NCBI GenBank assembly: GCA_018971365.1
Contig: JAGXAZ010000003.1
Span: 1-39,125, forward strand
DNA: 39,125 nucleotides
Direction: 5' to 3'
From: Gammaproteobacteria bacterium
GTDB lineage: Bacteria; Pseudomonadota; Gammaproteobacteria; Natronospirales; REEB76
Positions 9,694 through 18,507 of the stretch are shown here, in pieces. A program made the translations under genes and the position numbers. The notes beneath the pieces are model-generated. The model made no database searches, was not told where the DNA came from, and saw nothing but the letters and a program-made list of their open reading frames with translations. Every line of letters starts with the position of its first letter. Positions within the stretch are counted from its first letter, which is position 1.

Positions 9694-10010
9694 ATGCGCA
9701 CGTTTACGATTGCCTTCGCTGTCATACTCGCCGGCCCGCTTCTGGCGCTGGTGCAACCCGTGGCACAGGCGGCCGAAAAAACGCCCGCGTACGTGACCGC
9801 CGCCATGAACGATCCCGCGCGCTCCGCCGACCGCGCCAACGACGGACGCCGGAAGATGGCGGCGGTGCTGGTTTTCAGCGAGGTCAAACCCGGTACGCGA
9901 GTGATGCCCTGCTCAACGCCAAGGATCCGCTGAATATCCCGGTGTTCGACGCGTCCATCCGCGGGCACACCAGCCAGTTCATCTACAGCTTCCGCAAACC
10001 CGCGCACTAA
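9694..10010 (+). pseudogene. Internally deleted, frameshifted exported SAM-dependent methyltransferase-like gene (COG4798-like)
   Basis: GGAGG RBS, signal peptide and family N-terminus (AAMNDPARSADRANDGRRKMAAVLVFSEVKPGTRV) in one frame; family C-terminus (SDALLNAKDPLNIPVFDASIRGHTSQFIYSFRKP) in another; core missing. Family recognised from memory. Confidence 0.75.
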
Positions 10011-10093
10011 GCGCGGATCGCGGCGTGTAGCGCCGGTAACAGCTCCCGCTTACCCGGTCGCACCGGCGATCAAACGAAGCTTGCCGCCAACGA

Positions 10094-10906
10094 TCAGTCG
10101 TTGATGCTGACCCATTGTGGCGGCAAACTGGGATGCCAGCTGTCAAATCCGCGCGAATCCCAGGTGCCGCCGGAAAATGCCTGGCCGCCGACCACCAACC
10201 GAATGGTGTAATCCCCAGCGCCGTTGATCCGGGCAAGCTCCATGGGATTGAACAGCAGGGTGAAATCACCCTTGGCATTCGTGGTCACAGTGCATTCCAG
10301 ATGCAAAGGCGCGTAGGTGTTCTTGAAAGCCACGGCCAGCGTACCCGTACTGCCATTGATGGTAAGCTCCGCGCTGGTCACCATGAATCCGGTATTCTGT
10401 CCGCGCAAGGTGTGTTGCCCGGGGTACGGCACAAGCTTCCAGGTCTGCGGAAGAGCCAATGGCCCTTTCGCGGCCGGCGCCACCGTGGTGTCTACGGTGC
10501 CGCCGACGATGGGCTCGGCCACGGCTGTGGCCGCATCCACCGGTGTCGGCAAAGTCGTGAGCGCGCTTTGCAGCACCCGGTAGCCGTCACCCACCGCGCC
10601 GAAATCCACCTGCTTGCCGGCGATGTTCAAGCTCTTGAACGTCGGCTCATTCTGCATGACCATGCACACCGGGGTCCACGCCTTGCTCGAATCGAGCGTC
10701 ACGACGCGCACGTTGCAAACCAGACCATTCACGTCAATATTGGCCGCCACGATGCGTGTCTGCTGGAAAAGCGGCGGCAGCTCGGCAGCCAGGGTAAAGG
10801 TTTGCTGTCCGGTTGAAGATCCCGAAGGCGCGCATGCGCTCAGGGCGCCGAGAATTCCGATCCCCGTGGTCAGCACAACCCAACGATATATATACGATTT
10901 CGGCAT
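10094..10906 (-). CDS. Hypothetical lipoprotein
   Basis: GAGG RBS, hydrophobic signal ending in lipobox LSAC, Ser/Gly linker, beta-rich mature part; no family recognised. Confidence 0.75.
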   Translation of the reverse strand: MPKSYIYRWVVLTTGIGILGALSACAPSGSSTGQQTFTLAAELPPLFQQTRIVAANIDVNGLVCNVRVVTLDSSKAWTPVCMVMQNEPTFKSLNIAGKQVDFGAVGDGYRVLQSALTTLPTPVDAATAVAEPIVGGTVDTTVAPAAKGPLALPQTWKLVPYPGQHTLRGQNTGFMVTSAELTINGSTGTLAVAFKNTYAPLHLECTVTTNAKGDFTLLFNPMELARINGAGDYTIRLVVGGQAFSGGTWDSRGFDSWHPSLPPQWVSIND

Positions 10907-11323
10907 ACCTCAACCCTCATCTGAGCCAGGGTGTGATTGGGCTCCTCACGCGGGCGAAATCATAACGACTCGATGGCCAAGATGCACCTGAAAATGCTGA
11001 GAAAAAACCCGAAGTGCCGGCGCTTGCCGCCAGCGCGGGCGCGCAATTGCAGCGCCCGCTGGTGGTCGCAACTGGAACCCAGGTGCTACAACGCCGGCGA
11101 TCGCCCTGCGCGGCCGTGGCGTACAACGTGCACGAACGCCGCCACCGCACCATCCCGGCACGCGGCGAGCGGATGCCGTACCGTCCGCAAGCATGTATCG
11201 CGGATGACACACCTCAGGTCGTGCATCCTGGTACGCCGGGCGCACGACTCTGCCGCCACTTGAATTGTGGCAGTCAATGGCGTCAATCTAGCGAATATCC
11301 GCTTGCATTATTGAGGTGCGCCC

Positions 11324-12022
11324 ATGACCACAGCGAAAGAAGATATGGTCAACGCCGTGCTCGCGGCCCTGGCAGTGGACCATGACATCAATCTGCACGC
11401 CTACCCGATTCGTGTCCGGTTTGACGGGGCACTGCGGCTGGAAGGCCAGGTGGAAAACATCGTTGCCAAACGCAAGGCCAGGCGAATCGCGCTGCAGATC
11501 TCGGCCCTGTCCGGCATTGAAGATCATCTGCGGCTGTATCCCAGCGAGCATCGCGACGGCAAGGCATTGCAGGATGCCATTGTCGAGGCACTGGCCATGG
11601 AACCTGCATTCCGCGACATCCGCGTTTATGCCAGTCCCGCGGCGCCCGCGGATGTGCAATGGATTGCAGTGGGCGTGGAAGCCGGTGACGTCCAACTGCA
11701 CGGCCAGGTCGGCAGCCTGTCGCACCGGCGTCTGGCGGAAGTCATCGCCTGGTGGGTGCCCGGCAGCTGCAACATACACAATCACCTGCGCGTGCAGCCC
11801 GCGGAAGCCGACACCGACGATGAGATTTCCGATGCCATTCGTCTGGTGCTGGAGAAGGACCCGCTGCTACACGCGGAAAACATCCGCGCCGCAACCGCAC
11901 AGCGCACGGTCACGCTGCACGGCTACGTGCACGACGAGCATCAGCGCCGCATGGCCGTGTACGACTGCTGGTATGTGCCCGGAGTGCACGCCGTCCACGA
12001 TCAGCTGCGTGTACTGCAATAA
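11324..12022 (+). CDS. BON-domain protein (three BON repeats)
   Basis: Three repeats of the type V.L.G.V...R..A...A..VPG...V.N/D.LRV; GAGG RBS. Confidence 0.88.
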   Translation: MTTAKEDMVNAVLAALAVDHDINLHAYPIRVRFDGALRLEGQVENIVAKRKARRIALQISALSGIEDHLRLYPSEHRDGKALQDAIVEALAMEPAFRDIRVYASPAAPADVQWIAVGVEAGDVQLHGQVGSLSHRRLAEVIAWWVPGSCNIHNHLRVQPAEADTDDEISDAIRLVLEKDPLLHAENIRAATAQRTVTLHGYVHDEHQRRMAVYDCWYVPGVHAVHDQLRVLQ

Positions 12023-12076
12023 TCCCGTGACGACGATCAATGACCTGCGGCGCCCGCCGCCGCACGTGCGCTGCCG

Positions 12077-13297
12077 ATGAAAATTTTCATCGGCGTGGTG
12101 TATAGCCTGCTGCCGGAAATCGTGCTGTTGATTGCGGCGGCCTTGGTCAGCCATTTCATCGGTAAATTTCCTCCCGGCGGCATTCTCGCGCTCGAGCTCG
12201 TGACGCTCTGCATCCTGCTCGTCGCGCTCGCGCTGAGTATCCAGTTCAACCGGCGGCGCATTTTTTTTGCGGTGTTGTCCCTGCTCGTGGCCTGCGCTGG
12301 TCTGCTGTTGGCAGCCGGTATGCATGACGGCTTGCGCCGCCAGATTCTTTCCGGCGGGCTGTGCCTGCTGCTGCCCCTCAACCTGGTGTGGATGCAGGCG
12401 CTCGCGGAACGCGGGGTTTTCACGCGCCGTGGCTCATGGCCGTTTGGCTTGCTGATCGTGGAGATTCTGTTCGTGGCGGCCTGCGTCGGGATCGGTGCGC
12501 GCGCAATTGCCGCAGCGCTGTACGTGGAATTCATGCGCTGGCCGGTGCTCGCGGCCACCGGCATCAGTCAGCCCGGACTGCTGTTGCTGGCACTCGGCCT
12601 GCTGTGGCTCAACGACCGTCTGATACGCCGTCACAGCCCGGAACTCGCGGCCTTCTTTTTCTCGCTGGTGGCTGCAGCCGCCGTGTTGCACACGCAGGCA
12701 CCGGGGGTGATGGTCGCATTCGCCGCCGCGGCGGGTATCGCGTTTGGTTTCGCGATTGTGCTTGAATCCTGGAGCATGGCCTATGAGGATGAACTTACGG
12801 GCCTGCCGGGACGGCGCGCACTCGAGGAACAATTGCGGCAACTCGGGAATCGTTACGTCATCGCCATGCTGGACGTGGATCACTTCAAGCGTTTCAATGA
12901 CTCCTACGGTCACGCCGTCGGTGACCAGGTGCTGCGGCTCGTCGCATCGCGCCTGCAGAATGCCGGTGGCGGCGGCAAAGCCTTCCGCTACGGCGGCGAA
13001 GAATTCACCCTGGTGTTTCCCGGCCGCACTCTCGATGAAGCCGGTGCCGCGCTGGAAGCTTTGCGCGCCGACCTTGCGACGTCGGGATTCAGCCCGCGAC
13101 GCCAAGAGCGCAGAAACGCCACTGCCCAGGCCGCACCTGCCGACATCGCGGCGGTGCTGCGCATTACCGTGAGCATCGGCGCGGCGGACTGCGACAACCC
13201 GCACCGAGATCCGTGGAAGGTGTTGATGACCGCGGACCGGGCGCTGTACAAGGCCAAGCAGACCGGCCGCAATCAGGTCTGCCTCGAGCCGGCATAG
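12077..13297 (+). CDS. Membrane-bound diguanylate cyclase (GGDEF)
   Basis: Multi-TM N-terminus; DELTGLPGRR, DVDHFKRFNDSYGHAVGD, RYGGEEF, TVSIG, ADRALYKAKQTGRN. Confidence 0.94.
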   Translation: MKIFIGVVYSLLPEIVLLIAAALVSHFIGKFPPGGILALELVTLCILLVALALSIQFNRRRIFFAVLSLLVACAGLLLAAGMHDGLRRQILSGGLCLLLPLNLVWMQALAERGVFTRRGSWPFGLLIVEILFVAACVGIGARAIAAALYVEFMRWPVLAATGISQPGLLLLALGLLWLNDRLIRRHSPELAAFFFSLVAAAAVLHTQAPGVMVAFAAAAGIAFGFAIVLESWSMAYEDELTGLPGRRALEEQLRQLGNRYVIAMLDVDHFKRFNDSYGHAVGDQVLRLVASRLQNAGGGGKAFRYGGEEFTLVFPGRTLDEAGAALEALRADLATSGFSPRRQERRNATAQAAPADIAAVLRITVSIGAADCDNPHRDPWKVLMTADRALYKAKQTGRNQVCLEPA

Positions 13298-13304
13298 GGC
13301 GCGC

Positions 13305-13718
13305 ATGTACCTGGATGTCAGCACGCTGCTGGGACTGCTGGTGCTCGCGGCACTGGCCGCTCTCGGCTGGTTCTGGAGTGACAGCCTGCGCGCCCGCGAA
13401 AGCATGACCGCGGCCTGCACGCGCATCTGCCAGGACATGCACCTGCAGTTCCTGGATGAAACCGTGGCGCTGGCAAGGCTGCGCCTGGCACGCGCCCCCG
13501 GTGGCAACCTGACTTGGCGGCGGCTGTACGTGTTCGAATTCAGCGAGTCCGGAGCCGATCGCTGGAAAGGCCGCGCCCAGCTCATCGGCCGGCGGGTGGA
13601 ATCGGTGCAGCTCGACAACCCGCAAGGCATTACTATCCTGGGCGGCGTGCGTCCGGCCTCCTCCCTGATCGTCAAGGACAGTGACGACCCGAATGCCGAA
13701 CACCATCGGCGGCAATAG
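13305..13718 (+). CDS. DUF3301-like membrane-anchored protein
   Basis: N-terminal TM, W..SLRARE, LQFLDETVAL, RRLYVFEFSESGADRWKG. Confidence 0.8.
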   Translation: MYLDVSTLLGLLVLAALAALGWFWSDSLRARESMTAACTRICQDMHLQFLDETVALARLRLARAPGGNLTWRRLYVFEFSESGADRWKGRAQLIGRRVESVQLDNPQGITILGGVRPASSLIVKDSDDPNAEHHRRQ

Positions 13719-13806
13719 CGGCCCGGTTGTTCCAGTGCGCCGGGTCGTCTAATATCCGCCATCCTTTCCAGCACGCCGTTCGCTACACCCACACTGGAGT
13801 ATCCAC

Positions 13807-15447
13807 ATGGCCGGACCGACCAAACTCAGACGTGACGCCGGTGTAATCGGGCTCTTGTATGCCAGCCTGGGCGCCATGATCGGCTCCGGCTGGTTGTTCG
13901 GACCGCTACATGCCGCGCTGCAGGCCGGAGTCTGGAGCGGATTCTCCTGGGTAATTGGCGCGATCGCCGTACTTTTTCTGGCGTTTGTGTTTGCTGAACT
14001 CTCCACCATGTTCCCCAACTCCGGAGCGCTGGTGCACATGACGCACGCCAGCCACGGCGACCTGGTGGGCAAGGTCTGGACCTGGATTCTGTTCCTCGCC
14101 TTCGTGTCGGTGCCGCCGGTGGAAGTCACCTCGGTAGTCACCTACGCCAACAATTACATCCCCGGGCTGATTGTCCCGACCACCGGCATCCTGACCCATT
14201 TCGGCACCGTAATCTCGATTATCCTGCTGGCGTTCGTGGTGATACTCAATTTTCTCGCGATCCGCATCGTGGTGGCCATCAACAGCGTGACCACCTGGTG
14301 GAAAGTGCTGATCCCGCTCGCGACCATTGGCATTCTCATGGCCTATTCCTTTCACCCCGGCAACCTGACGGCCCACGCCGCCAGTACACCGATCAGCGGC
14401 ATTTTCACGGCTGTGGCCACCGCCGGCATTATTTTCAGTTTTCTCGGCTTCCAGCAGGCCATCGCGCTCGCAGGCGAAACCCGCAATCCCGGCCGGTATA
14501 TTCCGATCGCATTGATTGGCTCGGTCATCATCTCGATGCTGATCTACATCGGCCTGCAACTGTCGTTCATCATTGCGCTCAAGCCCACGGACATTGCCGG
14601 CGGCTGGGAGCATCTGCAGTTCAGCGGCATGTTCGGGCCGCTGGCAGCCATCGCCGTGGCGGTGGGCGCATTCTGGTGGGCGGTGATTCTCTACATCGAT
14701 GCCTTCGTCTCGCCCATGGGCACCGCATTCATCTATGTAACTGCCAGCCCTCGCATCATCATGGCGGCCGGCGAAATGGGCAACGCGCCCAAACAGGTGA
14801 TCAAACTCAACCAGCAGGGCGTACCTTGGATCGGGCTGATCGTCACCTGGATCGTGGGCGTGATTTTCTTCTTCCCGTTCCCGTCCTGGCAAAAACTGGT
14901 GGCCGCGGTGTCGCTGATTACGGTGCTGTCTTACTGCATCGGCCCGATCATCCTGCTGCACCTGCGCCGCACGCTGCCGGCTTTCCAGCGCCCGTTCCGC
15001 CTGCACGGGGCCACCGTAGTCTCGACCATAGCCTTCATCTTTTCCAACTGGATCATCTACTGGACCGGATATGAGACGGTGAAAATCCTCTTCAGTCTGG
15101 TGGCTGTGTACGTCATCGTTTACCTCATCTGGTACTTCATCAAACGCCGGCCCCTGGCGCAGCTCGGCTGGCAACAGGCCTGGTGGCTGCTGCCGTATTT
15201 CATCGGCATGTGGCTGATCAGCTGGTTCGGCCCGGGCGGCGACATGGGCGGCATCGGCCTGTTCGGCTTCTTTACCGGCATGTGGATTCTGGTGATCTTC
15301 AGCCTCATTATCCTGTGGCTCGCGGTAATCAGCGGACAGGGTGCGGAAGCCGCACAGCGTGTTGCCGACCAGATCAAGGACCTGGGGTCGCGCGGCATGG
15401 AGACGAAAAAAGGCGCGGCCCGCGGCACCGAGGAAATGATTTTATAG
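13807..15447 (+). CDS. APC-superfamily amino acid permease (YveA/AGT-like)
   Basis: MIGSGWLFG in TM1, FAELSTMFPNSG, FSFLGFQQAIALAGETRNP, RPFRL, about 14 TMs; GGAG RBS. Confidence 0.92.
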   Translation: MAGPTKLRRDAGVIGLLYASLGAMIGSGWLFGPLHAALQAGVWSGFSWVIGAIAVLFLAFVFAELSTMFPNSGALVHMTHASHGDLVGKVWTWILFLAFVSVPPVEVTSVVTYANNYIPGLIVPTTGILTHFGTVISIILLAFVVILNFLAIRIVVAINSVTTWWKVLIPLATIGILMAYSFHPGNLTAHAASTPISGIFTAVATAGIIFSFLGFQQAIALAGETRNPGRYIPIALIGSVIISMLIYIGLQLSFIIALKPTDIAGGWEHLQFSGMFGPLAAIAVAVGAFWWAVILYIDAFVSPMGTAFIYVTASPRIIMAAGEMGNAPKQVIKLNQQGVPWIGLIVTWIVGVIFFFPFPSWQKLVAAVSLITVLSYCIGPIILLHLRRTLPAFQRPFRLHGATVVSTIAFIFSNWIIYWTGYETVKILFSLVAVYVIVYLIWYFIKRRPLAQLGWQQAWWLLPYFIGMWLISWFGPGGDMGGIGLFGFFTGMWILVIFSLIILWLAVISGQGAEAAQRVADQIKDLGSRGMETKKGAARGTEEMIL

Positions 15448-15472
15448 GCGGCGTGCCCGCGCACAACGCAAT

Positions 15473-15495
15473 GATGCCGGCCGCGCACCGGCATC
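15473..15495. terminator. Hairpin between convergent permease and arfB genes
   Basis: GATGCCGG-ccgcgca-CCGGCATC, 8-bp stem; no clear U-tract. Confidence 0.35.
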
Positions 15496-15504
15496 GCTTC
15501 TGCT

Positions 15505-15924
15505 TCAATCGGCCGGCGGCGAACGCCGCAGCCGCTTTTTGTCGCCTTGCCGGTGCTTGTGCTCTAGCCGCCGCTTTCGCGACGCGTGCGTGGGTTGGCT
15601 GCGCCGCCGCGCTTTGGGAATTTCCGCGGCCTGCCGGATCAGCGCCTGCAGGCGCTCCAGGGCATCCGAGCGGTTGCGTTCCTGCGAGCGGAAGCGCTGT
15701 GCAAACAGGCTGAGCTCACCCGCGGAGTTTACCCGGCGACCTGCAAGCTTGAGCAGGCGCTCGCGCACCGGCTCCGGCAATGCCCGGCTGCGCACGACAT
15801 TGAAACGCAGTTCAACCGCGGTCGCGACCTTGTTGACGTTTTGCCCCCCCGGTCCGGATGCACGCACAAAGCGGAAATCCAGTTCCGCATCCGGCAGCCG
15901 CACGCCATGCGCAATCTCTAGCAG
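15505..15924 (-). CDS. arfB: Alternative ribosome-rescue peptidyl-tRNA hydrolase ArfB (YaeJ)
   Basis: RASGPGGQNVNKVATAVELRF, RSQERNR..ALERL and a basic C-terminal tail. Start is uncertain: CTG 15924 gives (M)LEIAHGVRLPDAEL, 139 aa; the first canonical start is GTG 15903. Confidence 0.93.
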   Translation of the reverse strand: MLEIAHGVRLPDAELDFRFVRASGPGGQNVNKVATAVELRFNVVRSRALPEPVRERLLKLAGRRVNSAGELSLFAQRFRSQERNRSDALERLQALIRQAAEIPKARRRSQPTHASRKRRLEHKHRQGDKKRLRRSPPAD

Positions 15925-15935
15925 GCGCCCGCGCG

Positions 15936-17189
15936 TCAGATGCGCGTCTCCAGCTCGATGATGCGGCCGAGATCAATACCGAACTCGCGGGCATCCACCA
16001 CGCGCTTGATGGCCCATTTCTGCTCGTTGTCATCGCGCGCCGTCACCGCCAGGTTTATCAACGGACGTCGTTCGTAGGGCTTGCCATGCGCATCCCGAAT
16101 GAGCATTACCACCGGACGCAAGCGGCTCCCGGGATTGGTCGACATTACGATGCCGAGTATGCCTTGGTTCATCTCCACCAGACTGCCGATGGGATAGATA
16201 CCGATGCAACGGATGAACTCCTGCATCAAGTCCTCGCCGAAATCGCGCGGTCCCCAATTGAACATCATATTGAGGCCGGTGTGCGCCGGGACGCCCTCGT
16301 GATATACACGGTTGCTGGTGATTTCATCGTACACGTCGACAATCGCCACCATGCGCACGTGCACCGGAACCTTGTCGCCCTTTAGACCGAACGGATATCC
16401 CTGTCCGCCGATGCGTTCGTGGTGCAGCTGCACGATTTCAAGGGCCTTCTCCGACAGCTCCTTGTGCTTGCGCAGAATATTGAATCCATCCACGGGATGC
16501 TTCTTCACAACATCGAATTCGTCCTGGCTGAGCAGACTGGGCTTGTCCAGAATCGAAACCGGTGTGCGCATTTTGCCGATATCTTGCAGCAACGCGCCCA
16601 GCGCCAGCTCGATGATGGAATCCTTGGACAGGCCCAGGTGCACGCCGAACACGATGGCCAGGATGCATGTATTCAGGCAATGCGACACCGTGTATTCGTG
16701 CTTGGTACCGAGGTTGGTCAGCCACAAGGCCGCGGCCGGATTGGCCGTGGCCGTATCCACCAGTTCCAGCGTGAGCATGCGGGTTTCGCGCACATCCGCA
16801 CCGCGCCCGAGACGCACTTCGCTCAGCAGCCGTTGCACGTGACTGGACAGGTTGCTGCGCGTGACCAGCGCCTTGCGCATGTCGTTCCGGAAACCCTCGT
16901 GCCTGCGCCAGGCCAACTTGGCCAGGTCTGCGGGCATTGGGGTGACGAATTGCGACGACTGCGGTTTGGCGGTGCCGGTAACGGCAGGCCGATGGGATCC
17001 GGGGGCCGCGCTCGCAAGTGCGCGGGTCTCGTCTATGTACACGAATTCGCAGGTCTTCTGGAGCGTGTCCAGTTGCTCCTGGGTGTCCAGCGAGAATCCC
17101 TGAAACGGGAATGGACTCTCCAGCCACGGCCGGTCGAGCGCGGTCACGTACATGCCCAGGTGCAGGTCCGAAACTGCGAGCTTCCTCAT
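15936..17189 (-). CDS. HD-GYP domain protein with DUF3391-like N-terminus; HD dyad reads QD
   Basis: MRKLAVSDLHLGMYVTALDRPWLESPFPFQGF; YTVSHC, LLQDIGK, KKHP, HHERIGGQGYPFGL, IVDVYDEITSNRVY, IGIYPIGSLV. Confidence 0.9.
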   Translation of the reverse strand: MRKLAVSDLHLGMYVTALDRPWLESPFPFQGFSLDTQEQLDTLQKTCEFVYIDETRALASAAPGSHRPAVTGTAKPQSSQFVTPMPADLAKLAWRRHEGFRNDMRKALVTRSNLSSHVQRLLSEVRLGRGADVRETRMLTLELVDTATANPAAALWLTNLGTKHEYTVSHCLNTCILAIVFGVHLGLSKDSIIELALGALLQDIGKMRTPVSILDKPSLLSQDEFDVVKKHPVDGFNILRKHKELSEKALEIVQLHHERIGGQGYPFGLKGDKVPVHVRMVAIVDVYDEITSNRVYHEGVPAHTGLNMMFNWGPRDFGEDLMQEFIRCIGIYPIGSLVEMNQGILGIVMSTNPGSRLRPVVMLIRDAHGKPYERRPLINLAVTARDDNEQKWAIKRVVDAREFGIDLGRIIELETRI

Positions 17190-17500
17190 GGCACACATTA
17201 TGCCAGTGGCCCCGGGCTGTAAGGCGGATGCTGGCAACATGTGCGGGAGTCCAGAGCGTCCCCACTGGTTCCCGGGGTCGGGGCACGATAGAATTCGCTG
17301 CCTTTTGGCAGGCGGCCCGGACCCCCGGGGTGGACGCCTGTCCGGAACGGATGGCATAAGATTTGGCAGGGATAGACGATGCCGGGTTTCCGTCAACGCC
17401 AGTGGCTACGCCGCGTTGTGGATGCGGGGAGGTCGAATCCAAACGGCCGGCCCGAAGTCATCGCAGGTTTACAACATCAACTTGTTACGGAGTACTCGAG

Positions 17501-17731
17501 ATGAAACGTCAGGTAATGGTTGGTCTGATTGCCGCTGCGCTCTTCGCGTTTGCGGGTGCGACTCTGGCCCAGGCTCCGGCTGCCAGCACCGCCCCGACGA
17601 AGAAGGAAGCGGTCAAGCACGAAATGAACCACAAGAAAATGGAACATCACAAGAAGTGGACGAAGAAGAAATCCCACCGCAAGGCCGCAAAGAAGGAAAA
17701 GACCAAGGCCCCGGAAGCCAAGACGCGCTAA
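17501..17731 (+). CDS. Small exported Lys/His-rich protein (Asr-like composition)
   Basis: GGAG RBS at 17489, Sec signal (…GATLA), low-complexity basic mature part, followed by a terminator. Confidence 0.8.
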   Translation: MKRQVMVGLIAAALFAFAGATLAQAPAASTAPTKKEAVKHEMNHKKMEHHKKWTKKKSHRKAAKKEKTKAPEAKTR

Positions 17732-17787
17732 GTCCACAGGCTTGGCTGGGAAAGCGGCTGGAAAGCTGATTTCCGGCTGTTTTATGC

Positions 17788-17821
17788 AAAAAGGCGCGGG
17801 CCTCGGTCCGCGCCTTTTTTT
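17788..17821. terminator. Bidirectional intrinsic terminator
   Basis: AAAAAGGCGCGGGC-CTCG-GTCCGCGCCTTTTTTT between the convergent small gene and lexA. Confidence 0.9.
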
Positions 17822-17837
17822 ATCCGCTGAACCAGGC

Positions 17838-18452
17838 TCATGCCGGCCCGGCGGTCGGCAATGCGTCGCGGATCACGCCCACGACTACGCCTTCCAGCGC
17901 CAGCTCTGCACTGCTGGCGTCCACCACGATAGGCTGGAAATCGGGATTTTCAGGCAGCAGCCAGACCTGCGAGCCCTTGTGCCGATAACGCTTGACGGTT
18001 ACCTCATCGCCGAGTCGGGCCACCACAATCTGGCCATTGCGCGCCTCGGGCGAGCGGTGCACGGCGAGCAGATCACCGTCGAGGATTCCGGCGTCACGCA
18101 TGCTCATGCCGCGCACCCTTAGCAGATAATGTGGTTGGGGATGGAACAGGCGCGGATCGAGGCGATAGCGCGCTTCGATGTGCTCTTGAGCCAATATAGG
18201 CCTGCCCGCCGCTACCCGGCCGACTACCGGGAGACCGGGAGGATCGGTAATTCGGATTCCCCGGGCAGCGCCGGGCAGTAGCCCAATAATACCCTTTCGC
18301 GCCAGTGCCCGCAGATGATCCTGGGCAGCATTCACGGATCGGAACCCCAGCGCACGGGCAATTTCGGCACGCGTGGGTGGGACTCCGGTATCGTCTATAA
18401 GCTGTTGAATAACATTGAGAACATTCTTCTGTCTGGCCGTCAGCTCACGCAT
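17838..18452 (-). CDS. lexA: SOS repressor LexA
   Basis: [31 protein letters not shown], cleavage site VAAG, catalytic GMSM and VTVKR. The ORF-track extension to 18908 is not used. Confidence 0.98.
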   Translation of the reverse strand: MRELTARQKNVLNVIQQLIDDTGVPPTRAEIARALGFRSVNAAQDHLRALARKGIIGLLPGAARGIRITDPPGLPVVGRVAAGRPILAQEHIEARYRLDPRLFHPQPHYLLRVRGMSMRDAGILDGDLLAVHRSPEARNGQIVVARLGDEVTVKRYRHKGSQVWLLPENPDFQPIVVDASSAELALEGVVVGVIRDALPTAGPA

Positions 18453-18469
18453 GCAGGAGCGCCAAGGTA

Positions 18470-18485
18470 CTGTATATAACCACAG
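18470..18485. promoter_or_regulatory. LexA operator (SOS box)
   Basis: CTGTATATAACCACAG matches CTGT-N8-ACAG and lies 17 nt upstream of the lexA ATG. Confidence 0.92.
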
Positions 18486-18507
18486 TGTACCCGGCTTCCG
18501 GCACGAA

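Noticed and set aside
11260-11288. TTGA...TCAA as a possible FNR/CRP-family site upstream of the BON gene
   Set aside because: Spacing does not fit TTGAT-N4-ATCAA.
10907-11323. Several 97-123 aa ORFs in the lipoprotein-BON intergenic region
   Set aside because: No clear RBS, Arg/Cys/Pro-rich non-protein-like composition, and they overlap one another on both strands.
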